A program made the translations under genes and the position numbers. The notes beneath the pieces are model-generated. The model was not told the DNA's origin. It saw nothing but the letters and a program-made list of their open reading frames with translations, and made no database searches. A stretch of 64,000 nucleotides of DNA from Thraustochytrium aureum (lineage: Eukaryota): positions 19,113-83,112 of the forward strand of contig BLSG01000273.1 of NCBI GenBank assembly GCA_012862495.1. Reading direction: 5' to 3'. Every line of letters starts with the position of its first letter. Position 1 is the first letter of the stretch. Shown in pieces: positions 1 to 12,073 of the stretch.

Positions 1-1855
1 ATCAAGGACCTCGACCTGCGGCGCTGCGCCGACTCGCAGATCGGAGGGAACGGTGTGCCGGGCATCAGCGGCGGCCAGGCGCGCCGCGTCACCGTCGGCA
101 TCGAGTTGGTAACGCGCCCCCTCGTGCTGTTCCTGGACGAGCCAACCACAGGCCTGGACGCCTTCTCCTCCCCTGCAACTTGTCCGCACCCTGCGCGTGC
201 TTGCCGACACTGGGCGAACCGTGATCGCAACCATCCACCAGCCGCGGCCCCAGATCTTTGAGCTTTTCAACACGTTGCTGCTGATGAAGGACGGCGAGGT
301 TGCCTACTTTGGGGACGTGGGCGACATCGAGTACTACTTTGACTCGATCGGGCTCTCCGTGTCGGGAACCGGGTCCGTGGCGGACGCTGTCGTGGACCTG
401 ACCTACTCGAAGGAGTCGGGCGCCGACGAGGAAGACACGAGCGCGGCCAAGGTGGCCATGCTGGCCCAGTCCTTCGGCACGAGCGAGCAAGCAGCGCGCA
501 TCAAGGCGCTGGCCGACCAGATCGAGCGGCGGACGCTCAAGGACCTGCCGCCGCCTGCAGCCTCGATGTTTGGGGATGTGGACGACGAGTCGGGCGAGCC
601 CATGGACAAGAGCCTGAAGCGCTTCTCGCAGAGCGTGGCCTTGCAGGTCTTCATCCTCGTCCGCCGTTCGTACAAGAACATCTCGCGTGACAAGACGTAC
701 TTTACTAACGTGGGCCTGCAGATGAGCCAGTTTCTGTTCTACGGGCTCTTGTTCCTGGGTCTGCGGACCGAGACAGTATCGGACAGCTCGGCTGGCTCTC
801 GCATCGGCGTCGACAATGCTGGGCTCCTCTACGTCTTCATTCAGCGAGCCTTCCTGTTTCAAGTCATGAACACGATCATGCTCATCGAGGTCGTGGTGAT
901 CGCGACCGCGTTTGTGGAGAAGACGATCTTCCGCCGCGAGCACGCCTCTGGGGCTTACTCTGTGGTTGCGTACCACATCCAGTTTATCATCCGGTTCTAC
1001 GTCGACGCGGTTTGGAAGGGGCTTCTCGCCGCTCTGCTCTGCTACTTTTGGCCGCCGATGCGGCTCAGCGCGGATGCGTTTTTCTACTTTGCGGCGATGC
1101 TCATGGTTGCCAGCACGATGGGCTCCTCGCTCGCGTTCCTGATGGTGAGCCTCATCCCTGACGCGGAAGGGGCTGCCAACATCCACGCCCAAGTTCTGGG
1201 CACCTTTGGGCTCTACTCGGGGTTCTTTCTTTTCCCCAACGTGCTCCCGGTGTGGATGCTCTGGCTGTACTACATGCTCCCTTTCAAGTACAGCTTCGAG
1301 GGTCTCGAGCTGAACGAGTTTACCTGCATGACCAAGGGCGAGGCCACCGACCTTTTCGCGGTCGACCAAACCCTCAACCGCTGGACCAACTTGCTCATCT
1401 TCATGTTCTACCCGCCCATTTTCCACGCTGTCGCGATGTTGGGCTCGTTTTTGTACACGCGACCCAAGTCGTACTGGGTCAAGCGGTGCGCATGCTGCTT
1501 CAAGCTCGCAGACGAGGGGCCGGCGCTTGAAACCCAAGGCGAGTCAGGGGTGGATATTGAGGCGCCCGTGCGGCCCGAGACCGTCTCGCCTGTCGAAATC
1601 GAGATGACCCGTGGTCTCGCAAGTGACGTGAGCACAGACCTGCCAGTCCTGAAGCGCCAGTGGAGCGGGCCGAGTCGGAGGCCGGGGTTTCGCTCTTCAC
1701 GGGGATTCCGCCGAACCGCCCGCGGCTCCACCGTCGCCAACCCCTGCCGACCGCGGGAGCGACATTGCAGCGGATTCGGGCAACCAAGCTGCGACGGGAC
1801 ACGCCGGCGTGGATCCTGGGGCAAGCGCTGGGGGCGCTGTTGGCGCACCGACTGA
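1..1855 (+). CDS. ABCG/White-family ABC transporter (5' truncated by window; 1-nt frameshift at ~170-173)
   Basis: ABC signature GISGGQARRV, Walker B VLFLDEPTTGLD and H-loop TIHQP, followed by an ABC2-type membrane domain (WLYYMLPFKYSFEGLELNEF). Removing one C from the C-run at 170-173 joins frame 1 to ORF 197..1855 (FSSLQLVRTLRVLADTGRT). Confidence 0.93.
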
Positions 1856-1907
1856 CGAGACCGTCGGGCAGGCCGCTGCTGCTGCTCTGGAGAGCGCGGG
1901 AAGCGCC

Positions 1908-3101
1908 TCAACGCAAGGGTGAGGGTTTGGCTCTCGCCGCGTCCCGCGTCCCCCTGGAGCCCCGCTTGCGCCCGTGCCTCGCTCGTCCCCAGCGCAACAA
2001 GCAGCCTAAAAGAGAAGAATTTAGCAGTTGATTCTTGGCTGTACCGGTATTTCTTGTTCGATCTTGGCGTGCCACTCCCCCTCTGGCGGTCCTCCCGGGT
2101 TCGACAGGACAATCACAGCGTAAATCGAAACGGGGCGCTCTGGCCGAAATGAACTGCGCCTCAGTGGAAGTGGCCGGGGACCTGCTCTGCTCTGTGGCCT
2201 CCGTTCTGGCCTGCGCCTTGGCCTCCGCCAGTCGACCCTTTCGCACGCGCAAGCCTGCCCTCATAAACGCAGTAGCCTCGGGCGAGTTCAGGTGTAGACA
2301 TCCCGTTGCGCGCACAACGTCTTCGCCCCAAACCCCAGTGTGGTAGTCCGGGTGGTCTTCATCCAACAAATCACCCTCGTCCGATTCGTCGGCGCTGGGC
2401 TCTGCCTCTTTGCTCTTCACGTCGATGGCAGCGCGACCCATGCCGTCGAGCATGACAGCATCTAGGCGGCGCTCTGCCTCGGTTCTTGTCTCCAAATACA
2501 CCAGCAGCGGAACCCCATCCAGCATCACATCAAAGTCGAAGGAGGATTTGATGAATTCCGCAGCGACTTTGTGGTCTGCGAAGCAGACTTGGGCGGCCTT
2601 GGTAGCAAGCCGGGCACGTTCCTCTGCGGCCGCGAGCTGCGCGTCCAAGTCACCGGTGCTTGCTGCGGCTGCGTGGACGCTGCGCGCCTCTGAAGCCGAC
2701 GTCTTGCGCTTCTTCAGGTTGCTTGGGCGGCTCTCGCCCGACTTTGCTTGCTGGAGGGCTTTCAGAGCGGCGATGGGCTTTGCGTTCTTTGAGCAGTACT
2801 TACGCTCAACGCGAAGACGGTGAATGCAAACCTGAACACGCGATTTTCCAAACCGGTCTTCGCACGCGTCGCCTTCTCGCGCTCGAGCCAGGTCTTGACA
2901 ACCTCAACCGGCGCAGCCCTGAACTCCACCATCTCTCCGCCTTCCGTGTAGCCCCTCACCCTGCACTTGCCATCCTCCAGCACCGTGTCCACAAACATGT
3001 GCGCACCATCCCGCACACCAAGGTACGCGTCCCTCAGCGCTGCCACGCTCAGCCTGAGCCAGCCCTCCGTCCTGGTCTCCGCCCTGGTCTCCGTCTCCGC
3101 C
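1908..3101 (-). CDS. Hypothetical protein (probably two frames joined near ~2830-2880; 5' end in gap)
   Basis: Two consecutive globular-looking ORFs (GWLRLSVAALRDAY... and DAQLAAAEERARL...DEDHPDYHTGVWGEDVVR). No family recognised; boundaries uncertain. Confidence 0.35.
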
Positions 3102-3714
3102 CNNNNNNNNNNNNNNNNNNNNNNNNNNNNNNNNNNNNNNNNNNNNNNNNNNNNNNNNNNNNNNNNNNNNNNNNNNNNNNNNNNNNNNNNNNNNNNNNTG
3201 GTCGTCACACGCGCGCAACACCTCGCACGCAATAGGTCCTTCACGCGCTCTCGCGCGCGCAAGCTGGCCAACTCGTCGTGCCGGTAAAGTACGTCGTAGA
3301 GCACGTCGTAGGTAGAGTACCGTCGGCTCTGATTCTGCTTGCCTCGCGCTGCGTCGCACTCCGCTCGCGCGAGCACTCGCTCACTCGTTCGGGGACTGCC
3401 GGATCCAGCAGAAACAGCATCACAGACTGTCGCGCACACCTTCGGGATAATTTCCGCCCCAATCAGCAAACACGTGAGGCCGCACGCACCTCACGCGCCG
3501 CGCGGGCCCATTTTCAAACGTATCTCGCCCGTACGGCAGAAAGCACGGTTGGGGCGGCCATAGGGCGGCCATGCGGCGGCGTTCCCGGTTCCGCGCAAGA
3601 GGGTTCATCGCAGGTAGGTGGACTTGGGCGAGGTGGATGGAGTGAGAGAGAGAGAGAGGAGCTGCAGAACCGCAACGCGGGCGAGCAGGCGGCGGGCGTG
3701 GACTGCTGGGCGCA

Positions 3715-3965
3715 GCGCGAGGCGGCGTGGATTGGGCGCAGGGCGAGACGGCGCGGATTGTAACGGCGGCGTGGCGGACGTGCAGGCGGCGTGGAATTTG
3801 TCGGCGTGGCGGGCGTGGATTAGGCGCAGCGAGGCGTGCAGGCGGCGTGGATTTTGTCGGCGTGGCGGGCGTGGATTAGGCGCAGCGAGGGCGTGCAGGC
3901 GGCGTGGATTTTGACGGCGTGGCGGGCGTGCAGGCGGCGGGATTGTGTCGGCGGCGTGGCGGGCC
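3715..3965. repeat. GC-rich minisatellite, ~56-57 bp unit
   Basis: gtgcaggcggcgtgga(a/t)tttgtcggcgtggcgggcgtggattaggcgcagcgagg occurs at ~3780-3835 and ~3836-3892, with degenerate partial copies on both sides. Confidence 0.85.
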
Positions 3966-3985
3966 TGCGGCTGCGGACGGGCAAG

Positions 3986-4780
3986 ATGGGCAAGCGCGGG
4001 CTGTCGGCGGATGAGAAGAAGGCCAAGATGAAGGAGCTGCTTCAGCAGCACAAAGCGCCGTTCACGCTCAAGCAGCTGGAGAAGATGGGCGCCAAGGCGG
4101 GCGTGTCGCAGATGGCGATCAAGGGCATCGTGGAGGAGATGGTTTCCGACAATGCGATTGATATGGACAAGATCGGCTCGACCAACTGGTTCTGGTCCTT
4201 TCCCAGCAAGGAGCTCGCGGCGATTCAAGCGCAGGCGACCAAGGCGGCCGAGGAGGTGAGCGCGACGAAACTGGAGGTCAGCAAGGCCAAGAAGCGCAAG
4301 GCCGAGCTCGAAGCAGAGCGCAAGCCCACGGAGGAGCGCAAGCGCTTGCTCGCTAGGCTCGCCGAGCTGGAGGCGGCCAAGAGCTCGAGCACGGCAACGC
4401 TGGCCGACATGAAGGACAACGACCCCAACAAGGCGCTGGAGCTCATTAAGCAGATCGACGTGTGCAAGGCGGCAGCCATTCGCTGGACAGGTAAGTTGAG
4501 CTGCAATCTAGCAGGCGGCTCGCTCGCAGGCGGTTTGCTCGGCGGCCCAGCTGACGGCGCAGACCAGACAACACCTGGGAGCTCATCTCGTACATCAAGA
4601 AAAAGTACGGCACGAACAAGAAGGAGATCATGCAGATGGTGGGGATCAAGGTAAGTTGGCTTGTCGGCTCGCGCGGGCAGCCCGAATCTGCGCTAACGCG
4701 GTCGAGCGGCCCAGGACGACTTTGACTACCCCGACTACCAGCCTCCCAAGAAGAAGGGGCGCAAGAAAAAGAAGGCGTGA
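3986..4780 (+). CDS. MND1: Meiotic nuclear division protein 1 (3 exons: 3986-4490, 4568-4650, 4715-4780)
   Basis: MGKRGLSADEKK...FTLKQLEK...DKIGSTNWFWSFPS and a coiled coil. GT-AG introns 4491-4567 and 4651-4714 restore RWTDNTW and end the protein DDFDYPDYQPPKKKGRKKKKA*. Confidence 0.93.
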
Positions 4781-5246
4781 GGGGTCCGTCCCGAAGGCCG
4801 TCGTGCCTGAGGCGCGCTGGAACTGCCGCCATCGAGGGCGCCCCTCCTGTAGCTTTTGGCCCCCTCGTCGTGGAGAAAAGAAAGTTGCACCTACTTGCAG
4901 AGGCCCTGGGGCACTGACAACAATATGGCCCACGGGCTGGTTACTCCCCGTACTTGGTCGATCGATCAATCTCAATTTCGTTCCAAGGCTTTGGCGTTCA
5001 GAGCCCCGAACGTGTGGCTGCGCTCGCTGCTTTGCCCCCAGCTCATTCGAGCAGCATTGGCCGCGTATGGGCTTTCGTCGTAGCCGCATCGAAGAACAAG
5101 TCCGGAGTGCAAAAACAAAGGAAAGGAAAGCAAGGTTTCGGTATTCGGTATTACAAAAAAGCTCCGCCCGCCGTCCCATGCACATGCAGAGTGAGAAGCG
5201 CTTTGGTTTGCGAGGAACAGCTGCGCTTAGCCCACGCGCGAGGCGA

Positions 5247-5931
5247 TCAACGGGCGCCACCGCCACCATCACCACCTGCCGTGGGCTTCTCGAGTTTGGT
5301 TACGCACTCTCGGTTCTCCCATCGGCACTGGCTGTCCCTTCTGCAAGGATTGCGGCGAGTCATTTCCATACAGCGCATATTCTCTGCCTCCCACTCATCC
5401 ATAGAGATCGGCCGCTCCATCGTGGGCTGGCACTCGCCGCCTTCCCATTTGCACAGTTCTTCGCCGGACATTTCCGCGCTTTGGCAATCTCGCCTGGCCT
5501 CAAACCCCCCGCAAAACGCATTAATCATATCCCACTCGTCCGTGTCGGTGCCGTTGCCGCCATCAGTCGCGTTTCCGCTCGAGTTGAAGCCCATGGAAGC
5601 GCTTGGTGGCACTGTTACGTTGGCGACGCTCGGTGCGAACGTCGCGTTGGGGGGGCTCGATGCTCGGTGCGGACGTCGCGTTGGGGGGGCTCATGCTCGG
5701 CGCTGTCGTAGCCGTCTGATTGTCAGTCCCGTTCGAGCCGCCGCGCAGCGCTGCTATCTCTTCAAGAATGGTGGCCTGGTTTTGGCGCAGCTCCTCGATG
5801 GCGAGCGCATGGTCCTCGAGCATGGTACGGATTTCCTCAATCGCGGTGTTTGACGAAGTGTCATACTGCGCCTGGGCCAAGCCAGCCACTGCGCATGCCA
5901 AGACGGCGGCGAAGGCCGCTGTGCACCTCAT
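5247..5931 (-). CDS. Small secreted protein: signal peptide, coiled coil, PSMSPPNAT linker, Cys-rich C-terminus (frameshift ~5650-5660)
   Basis: MRCTAAFAAVLACAVAGLAQA signal-like start. A one-base shift in the second linker repeat joins ORF 5563..5979 to ORF 5247..5612, which has two C..C..C-x-W..C units. Confidence 0.65.
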
Positions 5932-7110
5932 CGTGTTTTCCTTTCTCAACAAGCTCGCGCGAGCACAAGTCGAGGTCACGGGCGGCGCCTAGTGCGTGTG
6001 GTTGGCTGGAAAATGTGTTGATTCCCGTTTCTCAATTGGTGTCTGATGTTGCCCAAGTGCGCGAAGCGGCACGCCTTGGGCAAGCCGCAATCGTTATTCT
6101 CTGTCGCGCAGGGTTTCAGCCAGCTGGGTTTCCATCCGTGGTTCCTAGTTCGACAAGTTTTCGATCGAGCTTCTGTTGGCCGACCGCACAACGGTGGCCG
6201 CCCACACCACCCTCTGCGCAAGCTGCAGGCCTTGCGCCAAGCCACCGACAAGAACGCCGAGTTGCCGCAAAACGCGTGCCTAGATTCTGCGTGTCGCGTC
6301 GGCCTGGGCTTATGATGTGAGTCGGAGCGCTTGGCGGTGGGCAAACGGCGTCAGGATCCAGGCCAAAACTCGAGCGTTTCAGCGGAATCCAGGCAGAGCA
6401 GAGTCAGAACATGTAGCAAGCTCGTCAAGCGGGCAGGCACAGACTGCGCGCGCCTCGCTGTAGTAAGTACCATCCTCCTTGGTAGTGCTTACAGGGCAGC
6501 GGGCCNNNNNNNNNNNNNNNNNNNNNNNNNNNNNNNNNNNNNNNNNNNNNNNNNNNNNNNNNNNNNNNNNNNNNNNNNNNNNNNNNNNNNNNNNNNNNNN
6601 NNNNNNNNNNNNNNNNNNNNNNNNNNNNNNNNNNNNNNNNNNNNNNNNNNNNNNNNNNNNNNNNNNNNNNNNNNNNNNNNNNNNNNNNNNNNNNNNNNNN
6701 NNNNNNNNNNNNNNNNNNNNNNNNNNNNNNNNNNNNNNNNNNNNNNNNNNNNNNNNTCTCGACGGCGACCGGATGCTGTGCTCGGCGTGCTTCGCTCGCT
6801 GCTCGACCCCTGCTATTTACTTACCGTGCAGCGTGACGCACCGAGGCCGACTCGACGGCGTCGGGCTGGCCCGGACGCCGAGGCGGCCCCGGGCCAAGCC
6901 ATGCCAATTTCAAGACCATGGCAAGAAAAACATGGGAGGGAGCGAGACGAGGTGCGGCCGAGGCGAGCAAGCTCAGGCTCGGAAGAGGGGGCAGTCAAGG
7001 GCTTGCAACTTGCGCCAACGGCCAATCTGGAAGGCTGAGACTCCTTCGCAGGGGCGAGCGGAAAGGGAAAGCAGCAAGGTGGGCAGGCGAAAAGATATGC
7101 TGTGTTTCTG

Positions 7111-8288
7111 TCACCTTGACGTCTCCCTGGCAGCACGGAGCTGCCGGATCTCGCGCAGCATCGCCTCGGCTTCCTTCTTCTCCGGCCCAGTGTAGTCTTG
7201 CAGCATCTCGCAGTACCGCTCCGCCTGAACAAGGTCAACTGCGTCCTTGAGGTAGTAGGCAGCCAGAAACCGCAAGGCCGCCACAACGTCCGAGCCGCCC
7301 ATTGCGTCCTCGCCCTGGCGGCGAGCGAGGTGCTTTTTGTAGTAGAATGCAGCTTGCTCGCGGTCGTGCAGCTTCTCCGAGTAGAGCGTCGCGAGGTGCT
7401 GCGCCGCGATGCCCTCACGGTCGTTGTGGCACTCGGCGCGTTTGTAGCACTTGATGGCCTCGTGGACGCGGTGGAGCTTCTCGTAGCAGCCCGCGAGGGC
7501 GCACCACATGCGCGCGTCGTAGGGACGCAGCGTGGTCGCCTTGCGGTAGTAAAATATGGAAAACAGGTACAGGAGGCAGACCTCGTAAACCTGGCCGAGA
7601 CCGTACCAGGCCCGATAGTCGCGCGGGTTGATGTCCACCGCGCTGCGGTACGCCTCGATCGCTGCGCCCGTGTTCTTCAGCTCGACAAACTCGTGGCCCA
7701 TGAGGGTCCACGCCGACAGGTACCGCCGATTGAGCCGCAGCGCTCGCTTAAAGTAGATCACCGCGCGCTCGTGCTGGCCCTTGAGGCTGTAGTAGTTGCC
7801 GACAATGCAGCACGTCTCTGGGCGGTACTTGTTGCTCCGCACCGAGGTGTGGGCGAGGTAACTCAGCTCAGCCTTGCACTCTTTCACGTACAAGATGTTT
7901 GAGTACGTGTCCATGTTGTGCAGCCGGTGCGGGTCGCGCGCCGTCAGCACCTCGAAAACGTCTTGAGCCTCGTCAAAGTTGCGCAAGTTGTACTGCGCGA
8001 GAGCGCGTTGCGCGAGCACGTACGACGAGTTGGGAAACATGGCGCTGAGGTCCTCGAGGATCTCTGTCGCCTCGAGGTTTTGCTGCAGCTCAAGCGCAAG
8101 GTGGGCGCGGAAAAACCCCACCATCCAGTGCTCGGGCAAGATCAGCTCCTCAATGTCCTCCTTCTCGGTGCACAGGGAGGCGAGGTCCAGCCACGCCGAC
8201 CAGTTCAGCGGGGCCGCGCACACAGACTCGCACAGGAGCCGCCTCGCCTGCGCCTTGGCTTGCATCTCCTTGAGGACGACCCCAAACA
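7111..8288 (-). CDS. CDC23: Anaphase-promoting complex subunit 8 / CDC23 (TPR); 5' part in gap
   Basis: PLNWSAWLDL, MDTYSNILYV, KYRPETCCIVGNYYSLKGQHE, SAWTLMGHEFVELKNT and DYRAWYGLGQ are APC8 hallmarks. Confidence 0.95.
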
Positions 8289-9271
8289 NNNNNNNNNNNN
8301 NNNNNNNNNNNNNNNNNNNNNNNNNNNNNNNNNNNNNNNNNNNNNNNNNNNNNNNNNNNNNNNNNNNNNNNNNNNNNNNNNNNNNNNNNNNNNNNNNNNN
8401 NNNNNNNNNNNNNNNNNNNNNNNNNNNNNNNNNNNNNNNNNNNNNNNNNNNNNNNNNNNNNNNNNNNNNNNNNNNNNNNNNNNNNNNNNNNNNNNNNNNN
8501 NNNNNNNNNNNNNNNNNNNNNNNNNNNNNNNNNNNNNNNNNNNNNNNNNNNNNNNNNNNNNNNNNNNNNNNNNNNNNNNNNNNNNNNNNNNNNNNNNNNN
8601 NNNNNNNNNNNNNNNNNNNNNNNNNNNNNNNNNNNNNNNNNNNNNNNNNNNNNNNNNNNNNNNNNNNNNNNNNNNNNNNNNNNNNNNNNNNNNNNNNNNN
8701 NNNNNNNNNNNNNNNNNNNNNNNNNNNNNNNNNNNNNNNNNNNNNNNNNNNNNNNNNNNNNNNNNNNNNNNNNNNNNNNNNNNNNNNNNNNNNNNNNNNN
8801 NNNNNNNNNNNNNNNNNNNNNNNNNNNNNNNNNNNNNNNNNNNNNNNCCGGCGCCGCACCGCCGCAAAGCCGCGTCACGCTGCCCTTTCCGGTGACGCGG
8901 GAGCGACTGCGGCGCGGCGTGACGTAAGGCGGGACGGCGCGCGGCGTGGAGTGCGTCAGCAAGGAACGAAGGAAGGGAGGGAAGGAAGGAAGGGAAGGAG
9001 CGCAGGAGCGGAAGCTGGAGGAGCGCAGGCCCGGGAGCGCGACGGCCGCGGAGGGAGGCGCGCGCGCTGCGGTTGAGCGCGTGGCTGCGTTGCTCGCGTG
9101 GCTGTCTGTCTGCCGCCTGTGCGTGCGCCGCGTCCATCTGGGTGCCGGCCTGCTCAGGCGGCGCCTGCAAGGCTGCCGGCCGTGCGTTCGCCTGTCTGTC
9201 CGTCGGCGGTCGCGGCTGCGCGAGACGCGCGCGGCACGGCACTGTCCTCGTGGCGCGCGCTGGACGGGAGG

Positions 9272-11780
9272 ATGGCGATGGACGATGGGACCTCGTTTGA
9301 CCAGTTCACTGGCGACTTTTCGCGGCTCGTGAACGTCAACTCGCCGGAATCGTGGGAGAGCGCCCAGCGCACCCTTGTTGACTCGTTCGTGAGCCTGGAG
9401 AGCCCCCTGATCACGAAAAAGATGTTTGGGTTCTTCGACAGGCCCGAGACGGTGGCGCTTCTGGCAGCGACGATGTCGCGGCGCGAGAACGGCTCGAGCG
9501 TGGAAGTCGTCGAGGTGGCCAAGCGCGCCAACCTGGACAAGCGCGAGGTCTTGGAGCTCAAGTGGAGGCGCGAGGCGAACGAGGCGCCCAAGAGCCCAGC
9601 CGACTTTGAGCACGCCTCGTTCTGCGTGGACCGCACTCCTGAGGAGGTCGAGGCCATTAAGCGTTCCTACAAGGTGATGGCCTTGCTGTGCGGTCTGACA
9701 GAGCGGCACGACCCCACGGCCCCCGTTGAAAGCTTCCACGCGAGCCAAAAGCAGGTCGAGGAGCCTTCGGGTCTCTGCCTGGAATTCGCGCGCGCGTCCG
9801 GCCCCGCGCTCGTGGCCTACTTGATGGACGCCTTCCACCCCGCGTCGCGCGCGAGCCTCTACCACGTCTGCAAGGTGCTTGACGTGCTGCTGCGGTTCAA
9901 CGCAGAGACGGTGGTCGCCTCCCTGCTCGAGAACCGCAAGGCGTTCAAGTCGAGCCTGGACGCAATGCTGCAGTTTGTCCACTACCCATGCGTCTCCGAC
10001 ACGATCCTCATGCTCGTGTGCCCGGTGGCCCGCACTGCGCAGCAGGCCAACCTGTACCGCCTCGCCGATGAAACGCGCACCAAGTACATGCGAATGCTTG
10101 GCAGCATCAACGTGATGCTCTGCGTGGCCGAGCACATCTGGGTCCCGCACGCGCCTGAGACGCACAAGAGTGCGGCCGCCGAGCTCTTACAAAACCTGGT
10201 GCAGAAGCTGGCAGGGATGCCGGGCTGCAGCGACGTGCTCGNNNNNNNNNNNNNNNNNNNNNNNNNNNNNNNNNNNNNNNNNNNNNNNNNNNNNNNNNNN
10301 NNNNNNNNNNNNNNNNNNNNNNNNNNNNNNNNNNNNNNNNNNNNNNNNNNNNNNNNNNNNNNNNNNNNNNNNNNNNNNNNNNNNNNNNNNNNNNNNNNNN
10401 NNNNNNNNNNNNNNNNNNNNNNNNNNNNNNNNNNNNNNNNNNNNNNNNNNNNNNNNNNNNNNNNNNNNNNNNNNNNNNNNNNNNNNNNNNNNNNNNNNNN
10501 NNNNNNNNNNNNNNNNNNNNNNNNNNNNNNNNNNNNNNNNNNNNNNNNNNNNNCGCTCGCCGGAGGTGATCGACGGACTCATCGCGGTTGCGTGTGGCAA
10601 GGAGGAGGAGCTGGCGCGGTCCAAGGCTGCCGCCGGCAGCGACTGGGTCGTCGACCTCAAGCCCGCAGGGGGGGGCGGCGGCGGCGCCAAGAAGGGCAAG
10701 AAGAAGGGCAAGAAGAAGGGCGGCGCCAAAAAGAAGGCCGCCGGCAAAAAGGCCAAGAAGCAGGGCAAGGCGGCCAAGGCCGGCGCCGAGGACGCCGACG
10801 ACGACGAGGAGGAGGACGCGGACGACGACGAAGTCGAGGGCGGGGCAAAGAAGCAGCCCGTCGCTCGGCATACGCTGCAGCGCGATGCCGCGCTGGATAC
10901 TCTGCGGCTCATCATCGAGTTGTCTACGCAAAAGCAGGTACCAAGCACGATCCCACAGCGGTACACGAGCTTTGCAGAGTCGCTCAACAACCAGGTCGAG
11001 TGCCAGCTTGCGCCCGTGGCAGAGCGTCTGCACAACATTCTGGACACGCAGTTTGACGTGCTTTGCGGGGCGCTGAGCGACCCGTCCAGCTTTGAGTCGC
11101 TCGAGGTGGGCTCCGACGTGCGCCACACGACGTACGTGGTGGCGCGGCCGTTCAGCAACTACCGGCTCGAGCTTGTCAAGCTCGTCGTGACGTGCGTGGC
11201 ACACAAGCCAAAGGCGCTGCTCTCGAAAATGCCTGGCAACACGCTCAGAGAACTCGTGGACTGGTTCTTCCGCTACCCGCACTGCAACATGTTTCACGTT
11301 GAATTCGTCAAGCTCTTCATGGCCCTGCTTCGCTGCGACGGCGTGCACGAGACCCTTGTCTTCATACTGGAGAGCTGCGCGCTCCTCGCGCGCCTGGTCG
11401 ACCACCTTGGGGACTCGGAGCTCCGAAAGCGCGACTCGCTGTCGGGCCACGCGCTCACGCTCTGCAACGCGATCCGGCTGCAGCTGCAGGCTGTCCCGCA
11501 GGACCACCCTCTTGCGCTCACCCTCGCCACGAACAGCAAGTGGACAGCGTTCGTGCCGGCTTTGGAGCGCGAGACGCGGCGCCTCGTAGAGCCGTGGCCC
11601 GCGAGCGACCCGGCCCTGTTCGTCTCGAGCAACGCGGTCTACCAGCAGCAGAAAAAGGAGGAGATTGCGCGACTCGTAGAGCCCGCAGAGGAGGCCCTGG
11701 GCGCGGCGATCGACCTGGGCTCCTCGTACGCGGACAGTATCGGCTTTGAAGGTGTCGTGCGCGCCGCCGTGCGTCGCTGA
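9272..11780 (+). CDS. SAPS (SIT4/PP6-associated) family-like helical protein; internal gap 10242-10553
   Basis: Long helical ORF on both sides of the gap. PFSNYRLELVKLV...LVDWFFRYPHCNMFHVEFVKL resembles the SAPS C-terminal motif (R+.++.L...D.FF.YPWNNFLH). Contains a Lys-rich/acidic insert. Confidence 0.6.
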
Positions 11781-12073
11781 CTGCCGCGTTTCAGAGACGC
11801 GGAGATGTGGTCGCTCGGGACTGTGGTCGTGCATGAGACAACTTGCACGAGTCGTTCTTGGGATGTCGTGCCGGTACTCTACTCGTACGAATGATTTATT
11901 GTTTCCTCCACTGAGTATCAGCGCGTCACGCGCCCGGGTCGTTCTCGGCCAGCTCTGGCAATAGGTAGGATGGTCAAGCATACGGTTGTTCTCTTTCGAC
12001 CAACTACGCGTTTGCTCTTGCCGGCCTTGCCGCGATCCTCTCGCGAAGAGAGGTCCGCGTCTCCGGGTCCCAG

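Noticed and set aside
89..1537. 482-aa antisense ORF over the ABC transporter, and many similar antisense or alternate-frame ORFs across the window
   Set aside because: Shadow ORFs expected from high GC3 codon bias; no recognisable motifs.
3715..3965. Possible CRISPR-like array
   Set aside because: Head-to-tail repeats without unique spacers, no cas genes, eukaryotic context.
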